DNA of 63,412 nt, counting the filler, from Diploschistes diacapsis (Eukaryota), in NCBI GenBank assembly GCA_023645945.1. It is 24 parts of 24 records of this genome, joined end to end, with 100 filler letters (N's around TTAATTAATTAA, not from the genome) between each part and the next. Parts side by side here need not be neighbours in the genome. Positions count along the whole stretch, not along the records: positions 24,689 to 25,771 come from JALAIB010004033.1; positions 25,872 to 26,954 come from JALAIB010004034.1; positions 27,055 to 28,137 come from JALAIB010004035.1; positions 28,238 to 29,320 come from JALAIB010004036.1; positions 29,421 to 30,503 come from JALAIB010004037.1; positions 30,604 to 31,686 come from JALAIB010004038.1; positions 31,787 to 32,867 come from JALAIB010004039.1; positions 32,968 to 51,618 come from JALAIB010000404.1; 16 more parts are not named here. One strand, 5' to 3'. Numbering within the stretch: position 1 is the first letter of the stretch; each line of letters opens with the position of its first letter. Position numbers and translations under genes: made by a program. Positions 24,589 through 36,893 of the stretch are shown piece by piece. The notes beneath the pieces were generated by a model. The model did not search any database. It had not been told where the DNA came from and worked only from the letters and a program-made list of their open reading frames with translations.

Positions 24589-25337
24589 NNNNNNNNNNNN
24601 NNNNNNNNNNNNNNNNNNNNNNNNNNNNNNNNTTAATTAATTAANNNNNNNNNNNNNNNNNNNNNNNNNNNNNNNNNNNNNNNNNNNNTGATGATGTTAG
24701 ATTCTAATTGCGACGAATAAGTTATATCTAAAAATCGTAGAATGTTAAAAACGTTCCGGAAATATAATTAAATAAAACGATAAAGAATAAATAACGGAAA
24801 TAATAAGAAGCGTGTTCGATTGATAAAAATTAGGTTAATAACGTCGTGATTATTTATGGCTTTAGGAAACCGATTTTTCCGAATTAGAAGCCGTGTTTTA
24901 TGTTATAGAGAAAATTATTGATTGGATAATATTAATTATTTAGATAATAAATATAGAAAGTTTATAAATAGATATTTCTGAACGTATCGTATATATAGAA
25001 ATGATTATGCGTTTTTTAAAACCGCGGAAGAACGACCAGCCTTATGAGATTCATAATATAATTGAGCTTAAAGAACCTCTTATTATTAAACGTTATTTAA
25101 ATAATTTCCGTTTATATGCTTTATCGTTCGTTATTCGTAATGCATATATCGTTCTCGGTGAAGAAGAAGAAGAAGGGTCTAAAGTATGGTATATGAATAA
25201 TTATATCGATTGGGAGTAGTTTAATGAAATCTATGATTATGATTTCGAAAGAAAGAATAAGATGATTACGGAAAATGAAATGAAATGCTGGAATTAAAAG
25301 AAATAAATTATTAAGAGAATTTCAGTATTAGTATTAT

Positions 25338-25492
25338 TGTAGTAGGTTGGATGGTGCGTATTGAATTGAATGATGATGATTTGAATGATAATGATGATGA
25401 TCGCTAGCTGGGTGGGCCAGCGAGCACTATATAGCTATAGTGGGTAGGATCATCATAAATGCTGCTGCAGCGACGTTAGTTATATCATTACA
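25338..25492. mobile_element. Solo LTR, family C with 5-bp TSD
   Basis: TGTAGTAG...CATTACA flanked by ATTAT on both sides. Homologous to 21838-21997. Confidence 0.8.
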
Positions 25493-26126
25493 ATTATTCT
25501 AGATTTAGTAGTACCAAAGTACGTGATATTGATCTATTAGTTTAATGATTATTATATTTATATATCTAACATAAGAAAAATCATTATACTAATAAATTCA
25601 TATTTTATTATCAGATAAATCACCTTATAGTATAGATTATAAAATTTATGTAAAGTTATGCACGGTTTAATATAGGATTATCTAATAACGTACGTTATAA
25701 GAATCTATTAAGTACTATTTTCCTAAAGCCGAGTCGACGCTAATTTTAAAAGATTAAATATAACTTCTGCTNNNNNNNNNNNNNNNNNNNNNNNNNNNNN
25801 NNNNNNNNNNNNNNNTTAATTAATTAANNNNNNNNNNNNNNNNNNNNNNNNNNNNNNNNNNNNNNNNNNNNCTATAAAAGTATTTAATTTTAATATATCT
25901 TAAAATAAACAATTATTAAAGTTATTTAGATTTCTAAATATTACCCTAAATTCCAGAGCAGGGGTGTGGGGATGTAATCCCCACAAATAAAAAAAAAGTT
26001 GTTTGGGGGTGCAACCCCTAATAAACCTACCCACTTTTATAAGCCTAGATTTTTTATTTAATACTTACTGCTTCGCTTAGGAACTTGGAGGGCGACATCA
26101 TGTGTCGCCAGACACGTGATATTAAT

Positions 26127-26734
26127 CTAAAAGGCTACTGCGATTCTAATTGGAAAGAGGATTAAGTTATAAGGGCCGAAAATCGACTACCGATTATGTA
26201 TTCCAATCCGAACTAACGCCATATCCTGAATTTCTATATTGTGGGGGGTGGGGGCGCTTAACAACTATAAGGTTAAATATATGGCGCTAAAAGAAGTCAT
26301 AAAAGAATAATTATATCTAATTAATATCCTTAATCAAATTCCTTATTTAAATAAGGAATTAATTGAACATATTTTTATAAATAATTAATCAGCTACCGAG
26401 CTTGTAAAAACCCATATATATCATAAATGAATAAAATATATCAAATAAAAAAAACTTCAATCCAATAATGAATAAAAATAAAAATACCTTTTTAAATTTT
26501 ATATTTATTAATCAACAGCTAGCGGATAGCCTAACTAAAACAATATTTAATTAAACATACTAGGAATTTATTTCTCTGATAAGACTAGTTTAGGTCCCAT
26601 CTCACTAATTTAACTAAGCCATTAACTTATAGGAGTGTGTTAGATTACCAACCTAAATAAATTAATCTAATTAACTAATTAATGCGTAATGGGACTTTAA
26701 AAATTCTTAAACCTTTAGGATATATTACTAATTT
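26127..26734 (+). mobile_element. RIP-degraded Ty1/copia RNase H end, purine tract and start of 3' LTR
   Basis: LKGYCDSNW..RKSTTDYVF..KYMALKEVIKE..NN*SATELVK..QQLADSLTK. The LTR begins TGTTAGATTACCAACC at 26638 (second copy at 57354) and is interrupted by a family B LTR at 26735. Confidence 0.8.
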
Positions 26735-27282
26735 TGTTTGGCAACGTAACGGATATATTGAAGTCTAAGATCTTATCTAGGAGACTATCCTACTTTACAG
26801 ACTTTTATCCGCACGGGATCCGTTAAGCTTTATTATCTATATTACTTCCGAATCGGTTTAATTAGAATTCTAATAGGTTTAGCTGAACTAAATCTCGCGG
26901 GTTCCGTTGAACTGAATTTAAACCTAAAGTTTAGTCGAGTTCACAGCCATACCTNNNNNNNNNNNNNNNNNNNNNNNNNNNNNNNNNNNNNNNNNNNNTT
27001 AATTAATTAANNNNNNNNNNNNNNNNNNNNNNNNNNNNNNNNNNNNNNNNNNNNATTTAATAGATATAATTATTTACGAAATTATTCTCGAAAATTTTTA
27101 ATTAAATATTTATAATTTAACGATTAATTTTAAGATACGGATTTTTGAATTAAACGGATATACGTATGTCAATATATCCTATTTACGCGTAATTATAGCG
27201 ATTACGATAGATAAAAAGAGAATATTATACGATATTTCTCGAATCGGAATTAAGAACGATCTTGATTAATAGATTTAGATAT

Positions 27283-28032
27283 ATTTATTTATTTATTTAT
27301 TTAATCTTACTCTAATCTATCCCTCGGGGGGGCATGTAGGACTAACTATGCGTCTTCTCTAGGGAAAAACCTCTGGGGTGCCAAAACCCTAGAATTCGGC
27401 GTTTACCGTCTTACTGGCGATTCGGTTCTTATCCGTTTTTACGCCGTCTATGATATCTCGTCGGGTTGCTGTTATTTAGCTAATCGGGGCATCGTAGAGT
27501 AGAGAAGACGCGAGGTTGTACTGGGTTAAGCGGCCTGTGCGTATAATTCAGCCGGAAAGGATTCGGATCCCTTACGGGTCTGTTATTAATTATTTCCAGT
27601 CCAATCTTTTTTGATTTCTTAATTCTTCCTTTTTATATAAGGTGCAGAAAATGGTTATATGTCGGACCGTTTTTAATCCGTCGTTATAGCGATATTTTGG
27701 CGATTTAATTCCGGGGACGTTTCATTTTTTAAAACATTTATTTAACCCGTTTATACCGGTTTTTATCTGAATCGTTATTGAGTTTTTTGCTTTTCTTAAC
27801 CCTCGGTACAAATCGAGAACCTTGCGGCCCCCCGGTGCCATGACGACATCCCTTTTTCGCCCCCTTTCCGGGTCCCTTCCGCTGGTTTTCTTTTCTTTCC
27901 ATTTTTTTATCCTTTTTGTCCATTCTTTTTTTATCCATTCTTTCATTCCTCCTTCTTCTTTTTCTCTGTCGTTTACCCATGCCGCCCGGAGTTGGGCTGG
28001 CGTCGGCTTGGTTTCCGCTCTCCGTCCGCGTG
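27283..28032 (-). mobile_element. 3' end of a Tad1-like non-LTR (LINE) retrotransposon, 5'-truncated
   Basis: LDLYRGLRKAKNSITIQIKTGINGLN..PGIKSPKYRYND..KTVRHITIFC (degenerate C-terminal CCHC region). (TAAA)n 3' tail at about 27283-27303. Confidence 0.8.
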
Positions 28033-28237
28033 ATTTAGATATAAGAAATAAAGACTCATATTAATAAAAATATTAATAAGAAAAGAAATAATTACTTTTT
28101 AAAAATCCTTAAAAAAATATTATTAATAACTATATTTNNNNNNNNNNNNNNNNNNNNNNNNNNNNNNNNNNNNNNNNNNNNTTAATTAATTAANNNNNNN
28201 NNNNNNNNNNNNNNNNNNNNNNNNNNNNNNNNNNNNN

Positions 28238-28411
28238 CATTATAATAAAAACACGGACACGGACATTATAATTAAAAAATTTAAAATATTAATATTAATA
28301 CGGACACTGCACTTCCGTAAATCCACGAACATAGATACCGTAGCTAAAAAATCTAAAACACGGACATTGACACTATCAGTGTCCGTGTTAGTGTCAGTGA
28401 CGGCCAGCCTA
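28238..28411. mobile_element. Family T element end
   Basis: ACACGGACAC repeats ending GTGTCAGTGACGGCCAGCCTA. Confidence 0.75.
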
Positions 28412-28567
28412 TATTAAACTTTCTTTTTTTATTCTTTATATTTGTCTTATTTTTTTATTAATGTATTATATTTTCTTTTATTTCTTGTTTTTTAATTCTT
28501 TCTCGCTATTTTTCTATAAAACTCGTATTTAATCTCGTATTTAATCCTTTTTTTTAATGTTCGTATT

Positions 28568-28787
28568 TGTTGAACAGGCAGGCAGAATGCATGGCTGGGA
28601 AGTTCAGCTGAACCTCAGGTTAAGGTTTAGTTTAACTGAACTTACTGAGTCCCTACTAATCTTAATCGGGAATAATATAAGTTTATAAGGCTTAATGGAT
28701 CTTATTGGTATAAAAGCTTATATATAGACTATTTCTTCTAATTAAATCTCTAAATATTTAAATTTTAATATATACGTTACCCAAAAG
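28568..28787. mobile_element. LTR family B copy
   Basis: Starts TGTTGAACAGGCAGGCAGAATGCATGGCTGG and aligns to 21577-21792. Confidence 0.7.
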
Positions 28788-29599
28788 ATTATAAGCCCGG
28801 ATTAATTTACTATCCCGTCGCGTTTATATATTAAAAATAATGTTTCCGGGTAGGTATTATCGTTACGACTACGGGATCTAATTACGTTACTTATTATAAG
28901 TTAAATTGAAGAGATTTTAAAAGCTTAAGATCTAGATTATAACACCCTGGGGTAATTAGATCAAAAGTAGAAGTTAAATTACTTATTAATAAAACGCGGG
29001 TACCGATTACGCTGCTCTAGAAGAGCTAAATTGGCTGAATTAAGTTAAAGTTTAGGATCTGAGTTTAAATTTACTTAATTAATACCCGAAAATTTTCTTC
29101 CTCGATAATTATCGAAATTTAGCAGAGTTTTATTGTTATATTTATTCGATTATTTTAGATAAGTATTGAAGTTTAATTGAACTCGTTGAACTTATTCGAT
29201 TACCTTTATTTTTTTAATAGAAAATTTATACCTTTTTATTCCATTTATCAACGATTTATTAATTATGATTTATTTATTATATCAATCTTTTTTGTTTACG
29301 AAAACTGTAATTATAAAAGANNNNNNNNNNNNNNNNNNNNNNNNNNNNNNNNNNNNNNNNNNNNTTAATTAATTAANNNNNNNNNNNNNNNNNNNNNNNN
29401 NNNNNNNNNNNNNNNNNNNNTATATTAATAACAATAACTACGCATCAAGACAGAAAGCTGTTTAACACGACCCCTATTATTAACAAACGAAAACGGGACA
29501 ATAAAAAATACTCGTCGATTGAAGCCTTAAAAAGCCATATCGCGTTAGTTACCAGCGAGCAGGAAATAATCAGCGACGTTAAACCAAAATTATCTCGAA

Positions 29600-30027
29600 T
29601 CAGCATTCTAAAAAACTATAAAGAGATCATTAATAACCCAATCTTTAAAAAAGAATAAAAAGAAATAATAGGAAAAAAAAATCGATTTCTTATTTCTAAA
29701 TTAGACCTAAATTGAGCTACCTGAACCAAAGAATATCAATATAATAAGCTTAAGATAGATATTCGACGTGAAATATAATTTTAATAACGACATTAAGAGA
29801 TTTAAAACTAGATTAATCGCAAAAAGGTTCTCGCAATAAAAAGAAATCGATTTTAACGAAATATTTATTTTTATTATTCGAGCGGACTCTCTACGCATCC
29901 TATTAACGATTATCGTAATAAAAGATCTAAAATGTCATTAAATAGACGTCAATAATACGTTTACGAAGACGTCGTTAACGCATTAGATCTATATAGCGTT
30001 ATTTAAAGGATATAACGTCTCTAAGAA
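29600..30027 (+). mobile_element. RIP-degraded Ty1/copia reverse transcriptase N-terminal part
   Basis: R*IFDVK..IKRFKTRLIAKRFSQ*KEIDFNEIF..IRADSLRILL..CH*IDVNNTF (RVT_2 motifs). Interrupted by a family T element at 30028. Confidence 0.82.
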
Positions 30028-30503
30028 TAGGCTGGCCGTTTCGTGCCACGGTCACTAACACGGACACTGCAGCAAAAATTTTCAAAACACGGACACTGAC
30101 ACAGACACGACAATTAAAATTTTAAAACACGGATACTAACACGGACACTACCTTTCCGTAAATCCACGGACACGGACACCGTAATTAAAAAATTTAAAAC
30201 ACGGATACTAATACGGATATTATAATTAAAAAATTTAAAACACGAATATTAACACGGATACTATATTTCCGTAAATTCATTAATACGGATATTACACTGC
30301 AGTGAAAGCACGGAAATACTTTTTTTTTTTTTAATATTTTTAAAATTATTACGCTTATTTCTCACGCTTTTATTTTTTAAAAATTATTTTTAAAAACACG
30401 GACACGGACACGGACACGGACACGGACACCGTAATTAAAAATTTTAAAACACGGACATTGACACGGACACTATATTTCCGTAAATCCACGGACACGGACA
30501 CCG
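30028..30503. mobile_element. Family T element, other end
   Basis: Starts TAGGCTGGCCGTTTCGTGCCACGG with many ACACGGACAC cores, including (ACACGG)n at about 30396-30428. Confidence 0.78.
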
Positions 30504-31786
30504 NNNNNNNNNNNNNNNNNNNNNNNNNNNNNNNNNNNNNNNNNNNNTTAATTAATTAANNNNNNNNNNNNNNNNNNNNNNNNNNNNNNNNNNNNNNNNN
30601 NNNGCGTATACCCATCTGTTTCTTATTATAAGACCGGTATATTTAATTTCTTTTTATATATATATTTTTTTTAATACGATTCTATTTTAAATTCTATTAT
30701 TATTATTTATTTATTTTTATTAAAATATACTATTGTTTAAGCATAAATTTCGGGAACGAAGATATCATCCGAAATATTAGATGTAGTATAAATATAAAAA
30801 ACTTTTTCTTTTATATTTATAATTGCTTCTTTTTCCGTTATTCTAATATCGTGATCCCTAAAAAAAGGATTTCGAGCCCGAGAAATAATAATAAAGACTA
30901 TAACGGACGACCTTTTAATAACCGATTTCTGAAAAGATTTAGGTTCTCATCTTTTAAATACTTTCCTAGCATTTATTCTTTCAATCCTTCTCGTGCTTTG
31001 AATTCTGGCTGATAGAGGAATTTTAGGAAACGTTAAATATATAATTTCTAAAAGCAGACCACTTCCGGAATTATTAAACGGAAAAGTTAAAGGTCGATCA
31101 TTTCCAGAATTATCCGACGATTAAATAATTCGTTCTAAAAGAATAAAGATCATCTCTGTTTTCCTAGAAATAAGGGACTTAAATACCCACACGAGGTCTC
31201 GGACTTCTCTAATTGATCACTTTTTTAAAATATAAACTCTAAAAATCTTTAACGACTTTATATTATAAACACAAGGCGCGCTGTCTAGAGAGACTTCCCT
31301 TGCTGTAGTAGGTAGGTAGTCGTAGGTGGTGTAGTAGGTGAATGTAGTGTGATCTCGTAGTCAACAGCATACCCAGGTAGGACATTTGTGAGGTGTAGGA
31401 TGCATTGATTATTTAGAATTACCTAGCAGGCCTCTTTAAATGGAGCTGCTCTGTAGGGACTACCCCCATCAAGTCTACCGCCTACTTTTATGTTTATATA
31501 CGACCCCTCCCTCAATAGTTCGTTGTCTTATAGCGAACTTTATATAAATCTTTTTAATAAGAAATCTCTATCCCGTTATCTATATCCTAATATAGTCTTA
31601 TACTTTCTAAACAACCGAAATACCGAATAACTTATTATTCTCAATATTTTCTCTTCGACGTAACTGTGCTTTTAGATTTATTCCCTNNNNNNNNNNNNNN
31701 NNNNNNNNNNNNNNNNNNNNNNNNNNNNNNTTAATTAATTAANNNNNNNNNNNNNNNNNNNNNNNNNNNNNNNNNNNNNNNNNNNN

Positions 31787-32550
31787 TACCTCCTTAATAA
31801 CTAAAATATATTCGATTATAGTTATTTATTTTTGTTTTTTTTAATAATTTTTTATTCGAGTTTGTTCGACTCGAAACGAAGGCTTTAAAAAAAGAATTAT
31901 TATTAATACTAAAATCTGATTCGTTTATATTATAAATATATTCGGGCGCGTATTGTTTCTTATTATATTAAATTATTACTGTATCGAACCATCGTTATAT
32001 AATTTCGTAATTTATCGCATTAAATTTATTAAACTCGATTTATTTTATTTAAACATTAATAATTTTAGGAAATCGTTTACGAAATCGCGATATTTAATAT
32101 TTATCGATAGATTAAAGATTCGCGATTATAACTTTTAAATTCGAACCGAATCGAATGCGTTCGCGTCGAATCTTTTCGGCCATATCTATCACCAACGTAG
32201 GCGATATAGGAAAGCCAGTTTGTGTAAGACGTGTAATCCATCGTACTAATGTTTTTTCTTTTGAATTTAAGAGGATTTAAGTCGTTTCGTGGTTATTAGA
32301 GCATGATTAAGTTTTATTAAATCGATCCATAATGGTCGATCGAGATATTTTAAATAAGCGGATAGTTTCTCGAATGTTGGTATATTATTGTGATTTTAGG
32401 ATTTATAAACAGTCGTTGATATTAGATTTTATTAGAATCGAATAATTGCGATGCGAGGTAATCATTATTAAGAAAAATCGAATGTAAGATAAAAATAATG
32501 ATTTGAGGTGGCCGGATTCTGGGGGTGGCCGGACTTACCGTCAAACACGT
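31787..32550 (-). mobile_element. 5' half of a RIP-degraded Fot1/pogo transposase with TIR
   Basis: TIR ending ...GTCAAACACGT-TA at 32550. Protein reads SRSTIMDR..EKTLVRWITRLTQTGFPISPTLVIDMAEKIRRER (CENP-B/Tc5 HTH) and YAPEYIYNINESDF (degenerate YNMDESGF, first DDE aspartate). Confidence 0.85.
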
Positions 32551-33002
32551 TATTATTAATTATTATAAATTATTGTCGATATTACGTTATAAATAATTTT
32601 TAATATTTAAATAAAGATTAAGATCGAAGGTATCTCGTGACGCGTATAACAGATTCGTTAAATACGGCTTATTTAGGAATAATTTATATTTTATATTCCG
32701 TTTCGATTATCGAAAACGTAATTTAAATTTCTAAATTTATTATTTCTATAATTAGATTTTAAATTCTTTTTTATTTTAATAATTTTTAACGTTTTCTTTT
32801 AAGGTAAGAAATATGTTTTTAATTAGATCCCGAAGGGTCTGCGTTTAATAAATCTTTTTTTTCGATANNNNNNNNNNNNNNNNNNNNNNNNNNNNNNNNN
32901 NNNNNNNNNNNTTAATTAATTAANNNNNNNNNNNNNNNNNNNNNNNNNNNNNNNNNNNNNNNNNNNNTCCTTCTCCACTCCCATCACTAACATAACCCCC
33001 AG

Positions 33003-33752
33003 AACCGCATCAAAGCCCAAGCCCGCGACAACGACAACTTCCGCCGGACATGCATCCGCTTCGCGCAGTCGATCCACCGGGTCGACATGCGGCTGCGGCT
33101 GGGCCTGCTGCAGGACGCCGCGGCCATCGAGCGGCAGGCGGCGCGCGAGGCCAAAGAGGCCGCCGCCCGCAAAGCCAAGGCCGAGACACCGACCGTCAAG
33201 ACGGAGGCCCAGCAGAGGGCGGACGATGCCGCTGCCGCAAAGGACAAAGAGAAGGAGGTGGACGGCAAGGCGAAAAAGGCGCACCACCAGCAGCCGCGCA
33301 TACGCCCGCTGTCGGAGGCCAAGGCGATCGAGACGGGGGCCAATTTCATCAGCGAGACGTTCATCTTCGGCGTGGCGCTGGGCATGTTGGTGTTGGAGAG
33401 GTGGTATTCGCGCACCAAGGAGAATAATCGGCGGTCGGACGTGGCGGAGAGGATGGAGGTGCTGGAGGCGAGGGATGCGGAGCTTGCGAGGAGGGTGGAG
33501 GAGATGGGCAGGGAGTTGGAGGAGTGGAGGGCGGGGAAGGGGAATGGGACTGGGAAGGGGAGAGGAGGAAGTTGGTTTTGGGATAAGAGTGGTGGAAGGA
33601 GGGTGCAGGGGAGTGCGCGGGATGAGAACAGGAAAAAAGAGGACGAAGAGGGGGGGGAATCGACTTCTGAGGCTCCCGTGGCTACGAAGGATTCGTTAAG
33701 GGAGGCTACGGCGTCAAGGCCACCGTCACTGCCCTCGCCTAAGGAGCTCTGA
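33003..33752 (+). CDS. OPA3: OPA3-like mitochondrial protein, 5'-truncated by the contig end
   Basis: After an intron end (CTAAC..CAG at 33002): NRIKAQAR..FRRTCIRFAQSIHRVDMRLRLG..IRPLSEAKAIETGANFISETFIFGV..ERWYSRTKE. Confidence 0.88.
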   Translation, partial: NRIKAQARDNDNFRRTCIRFAQSIHRVDMRLRLGLLQDAAAIERQAAREAKEAAARKAKAETPTVKTEAQQRADDAAAAKDKEKEVDGKAKKAHHQQPRIRPLSEAKAIETGANFISETFIFGVALGMLVLERWYSRTKENNRRSDVAERMEVLEARDAELARRVEEMGRELEEWRAGKGNGTGKGRGGSWFWDKSGGRRVQGSARDENRKKEDEEGGESTSEAPVATKDSLREATASRPPSLPSPKEL

Positions 33753-34085
33753 TTATAACTTCTTCCGGATCCGCCAGACCACTTGGAGATACGCGGTACA
33801 CGATATAATTTTAATAGATACCTTTGGCTTGTACAATTCTGTATTATACGCGGGGTTTCGGCGTTTCAGGGTAGCTAATGTCCTTAGTTCTTTAGAGCCT
33901 GGATGTCTGGCTTTCTAGAGTTTTGTTTATTGAATATTCACCTCACGCACCCACCCCTTTAGGAAGTAAAGTGTTACAAGTCACGCAGTACAATTAGAGG
34001 AACAAGGATTGATCATATCAGTTCCAGAATCCTAATCCATCTTCCCCAGCCAACCGCCAGCACTCGGCCTGTTGCCCACCTTCAC

Positions 34086-36176
34086 CTACTGCTCGATAGC
34101 AAAAACCACCCTCAGCGTCTCGCCGAACCTTTTCGTCGCCTCCGTAATCTGCTCACTGCTAGCAGCAGCAAACGTCATCCGAAAATAGATCCTGTCCTCC
34201 CCCGCCTCCCCATTTCCATTTTCAGTTCCATTCCCATGTCCATTGACCATAACCTCCTTGACATTCCCCGTCGAATCCCTCTTCCTCGCGTGCCCTCTAT
34301 GCCCACACGCCGGCGCCCGCGCCGACCCAGCCACGGGAATCGTATCCACCAGCGGCCCCGAACCCTCGGCCCGGAACCAGCTCCCCCTCGACGTCAACAC
34401 CCCGCGCTCAAGACCCGCCAAGAAGATCTCCTCTTCGATCTCGAGCAGGGTCTTCGGCCTCTCCGTCCGGAGCGACGGGTGGGTGCGCGTGTGGATCGTC
34501 AGCCAGTGGAACATGCCGGCCATGGGCGGGTCCCAGGACACGACGCTGCGAGGCAGGTACCGCTCGCAGGCGCCAAGCAGGCCGTCGCGGCGCTTCGTGT
34601 ACTCCATGCGCAGGTTGATCAGCCAGTCGAGGTAGCCGCCGTGGCCCCAGGTCTCGTCGAGCATCTTGTAAAGGATGATCTGACTGAGGCCCGAGGGGTT
34701 CTGGGTCGAGACTTCGTGGTGCCGCGTGAAGCGCTCGGCGATTTGTGCCGAGGCGGTGATCCAGCCGGTGCGGCTGCCGGGGGCGACCACTTTGGAGAAG
34801 GAGTCGAGGCGCATTACGCGGCCGTCTGTGTCCATGGAGAGGAGGGAGGGGACGATTGAGCGGAGAAACTCGGCGTGAGATGCGGGTGGAGGGGGGATGG
34901 GTGTGTCGGCGCCCGTGTAGGGCTGCATTTGGAGGAAATAGTAGGGTTCATCTTCGAGGATGTAGATGTCGTGTTTTTGGCAAAGGGCGTAGATGTCGCG
35001 GCGCCGCTTTTCGGACTGGGTGGCCCCTGTTGGGTTTTGGCCCGTAGGCACTGTGTAGAGAAGTTTTGGCTTGGATGAACCGTTTTGAGCAGAGGGGTCC
35101 CAGGTGCTGAGTATGTGATCCATCTCGCTGGGGATTAGGCCTTCGGCATCCATTTTGATACCAATGGCCCTCACCCCCATAGGCGCAGCGGTCTCAATGG
35201 CAGAGCAGAACGTATACTCCTCTGTCAAGAATGCATCACCTCGTTCCGTGAACATGCGGTAGGCGATATCCAGCGATGATGTGCTTCCAGCTGTCAGAAG
35301 GCACTGCCAGTCTGCATAAGGGGGCTGATGCACAATCTACGAAGAGCAGCGGCGTCAGTTGTTTTATGCCATGCAGCCCTCCAAGAAGATCCATACCTCT
35401 GTGTGTTCCGTCACATATCGCAGTAACTGAGCGGATCCGGTACCTTGGCCGTAGTTTAGCGCTACAGAAAGATCTGTCGATGTCAGTCTCCAATATACAC
35501 ACATTGCACGTTCGAAGTTAGGTCTGACCATATAGACTCTTTTCATGAGCAATGTCGTACTTGCCAATGCTAACCGTAATACCGGTTTTGACGGTGTCAT
35601 GCTCAGAAAACAGAGGTGGCTGAGGAATCTTGATATCGACGCGTTCTATGGGGAAGTACTCGCTTGATGGCAAGCCACCGCCGAGAGAAATTAGGCCTAG
35701 AATTATGAGTATAATTTGGGAAGAGAGACCTGAGTGATTGAGCATACCGGGCGTTTTGAGCAATCCAGACGCTTGCTTCAATGATGACGGCTGGAGGTTT
35801 GAGCAAATACAGTCTGTCTCAAGGCTCGCTATCCCGGCTCACCTTTCTCGACTTCGATTCTTGGTTAATCATATCTGTAGGCTGTTAGCCATTAAAGGCA
35901 CTGGAAATGCAACTTTGCTCACGATCCCATCGTTTAGCTCTTGGCTTGTTGTGTTGCTACAAGTCCCGTCAGTATCATCTCCTTCTTCCTATCGAGATCG
36001 CTCGAACGCACTGGCCCCTTGAACACATCGCTGCTGGTGAGTGGTGCAACGCACCGGGGAATTGGAGAACCCTTAGCTCGTCGAGCAGGCACGCCGTTCA
36101 CGCTTAATGGCTCGATAACTGTTGCAGCATGCGTGTCATCCATTGTTTGAATTTCGATGGCCGCTGGTGGGGCCAT
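34086..36176 (-). CDS. ARO8: Aromatic amino acid / 2-aminoadipate aminotransferase (class I PLP, Aro8-like), multi-exon
   Basis: MAPPAAIE N-terminus, ISLGGGLPSSEYFP, ALNYGQGTG, LYTVPTGQNPTG, ILEDEPYYFLQM, RLDSFSKVVAPGSRTGW (PLP lysine), FRMTFAAA. Confidence 0.9.
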
Positions 36177-36893
36177 GATTGCTATGTATGACAACGGTAG
36201 GTTTCTAGCAGGCCGGAGGGGGGATTGTCAATTGTGGGATTCTTGAAGCTGATCAGACTTATAGGAATGCACACCAACTATACAGGAGCCCAATCGGCAC
36301 AAGGAAGTTTACAATGGAGAAGTCAATGGGCAGATAGAAAGCTCTATTAGAAGGTTGAGAGATTGATACTTGCAGTTATCCGTTCCCATCCGTTATATAC
36401 ATATGCTTCCCTACCTATGACTCCTCCCAACCTCTAGTGGGTCTATTTGTGCTCAAATCCAGCCAAGGACCCTTCGTCCCAACAACTCCGGACCGGACGC
36501 CCGCAATCAGTATCTACCAGACCCACCACGTATCAATATTTCATCAATTGAGGGGCAATTGCGGGCTTTGATAAACACATCCACTCCGTATGCAAGTTTG
36601 TTGTATGCAGAACCGTTATTTGTAGAGGGAAGAGCCGCAAAGGAACTCCGTGAGCCGCGCCCAGCCGTAGTTAACCGCTCCGAGCTCAGGTGCTTACCTA
36701 GCTAGTATCGACATCTAGAAGGAACTCCGCATGATCAAGAGGGGAGAGGGAACAGATGTGGGTACTGGTTTTCCACAAGGGTCAAAAAGTTATGCGTTTA
36801 CACAAGAATCCAACATTGGCAATCTGCCATCTCTTTTATAGCTCTTTCTTCACTCCCTTGCTGTACCTTCCTAGCCCTCTGCTTCCTCCTAGC

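Noticed and set aside
30604..31686. Possible gag and LTR on this contig
   Set aside because: Likely retroelement debris, but too degraded for me to support a specific call.
21137..32867. A large transposon island or Starship-like element between two gene blocks
   Set aside because: The segments are separate contigs placed side by side, and no tyrosine-recombinase captain gene is seen.
32916..34859. Long antisense and alternate-frame ORFs over OPA3, ARO8 and similarly over MSS51, RSE1 and ASA1
   Set aside because: Shadow ORFs expected from GC-rich codon usage; no recognisable motifs.
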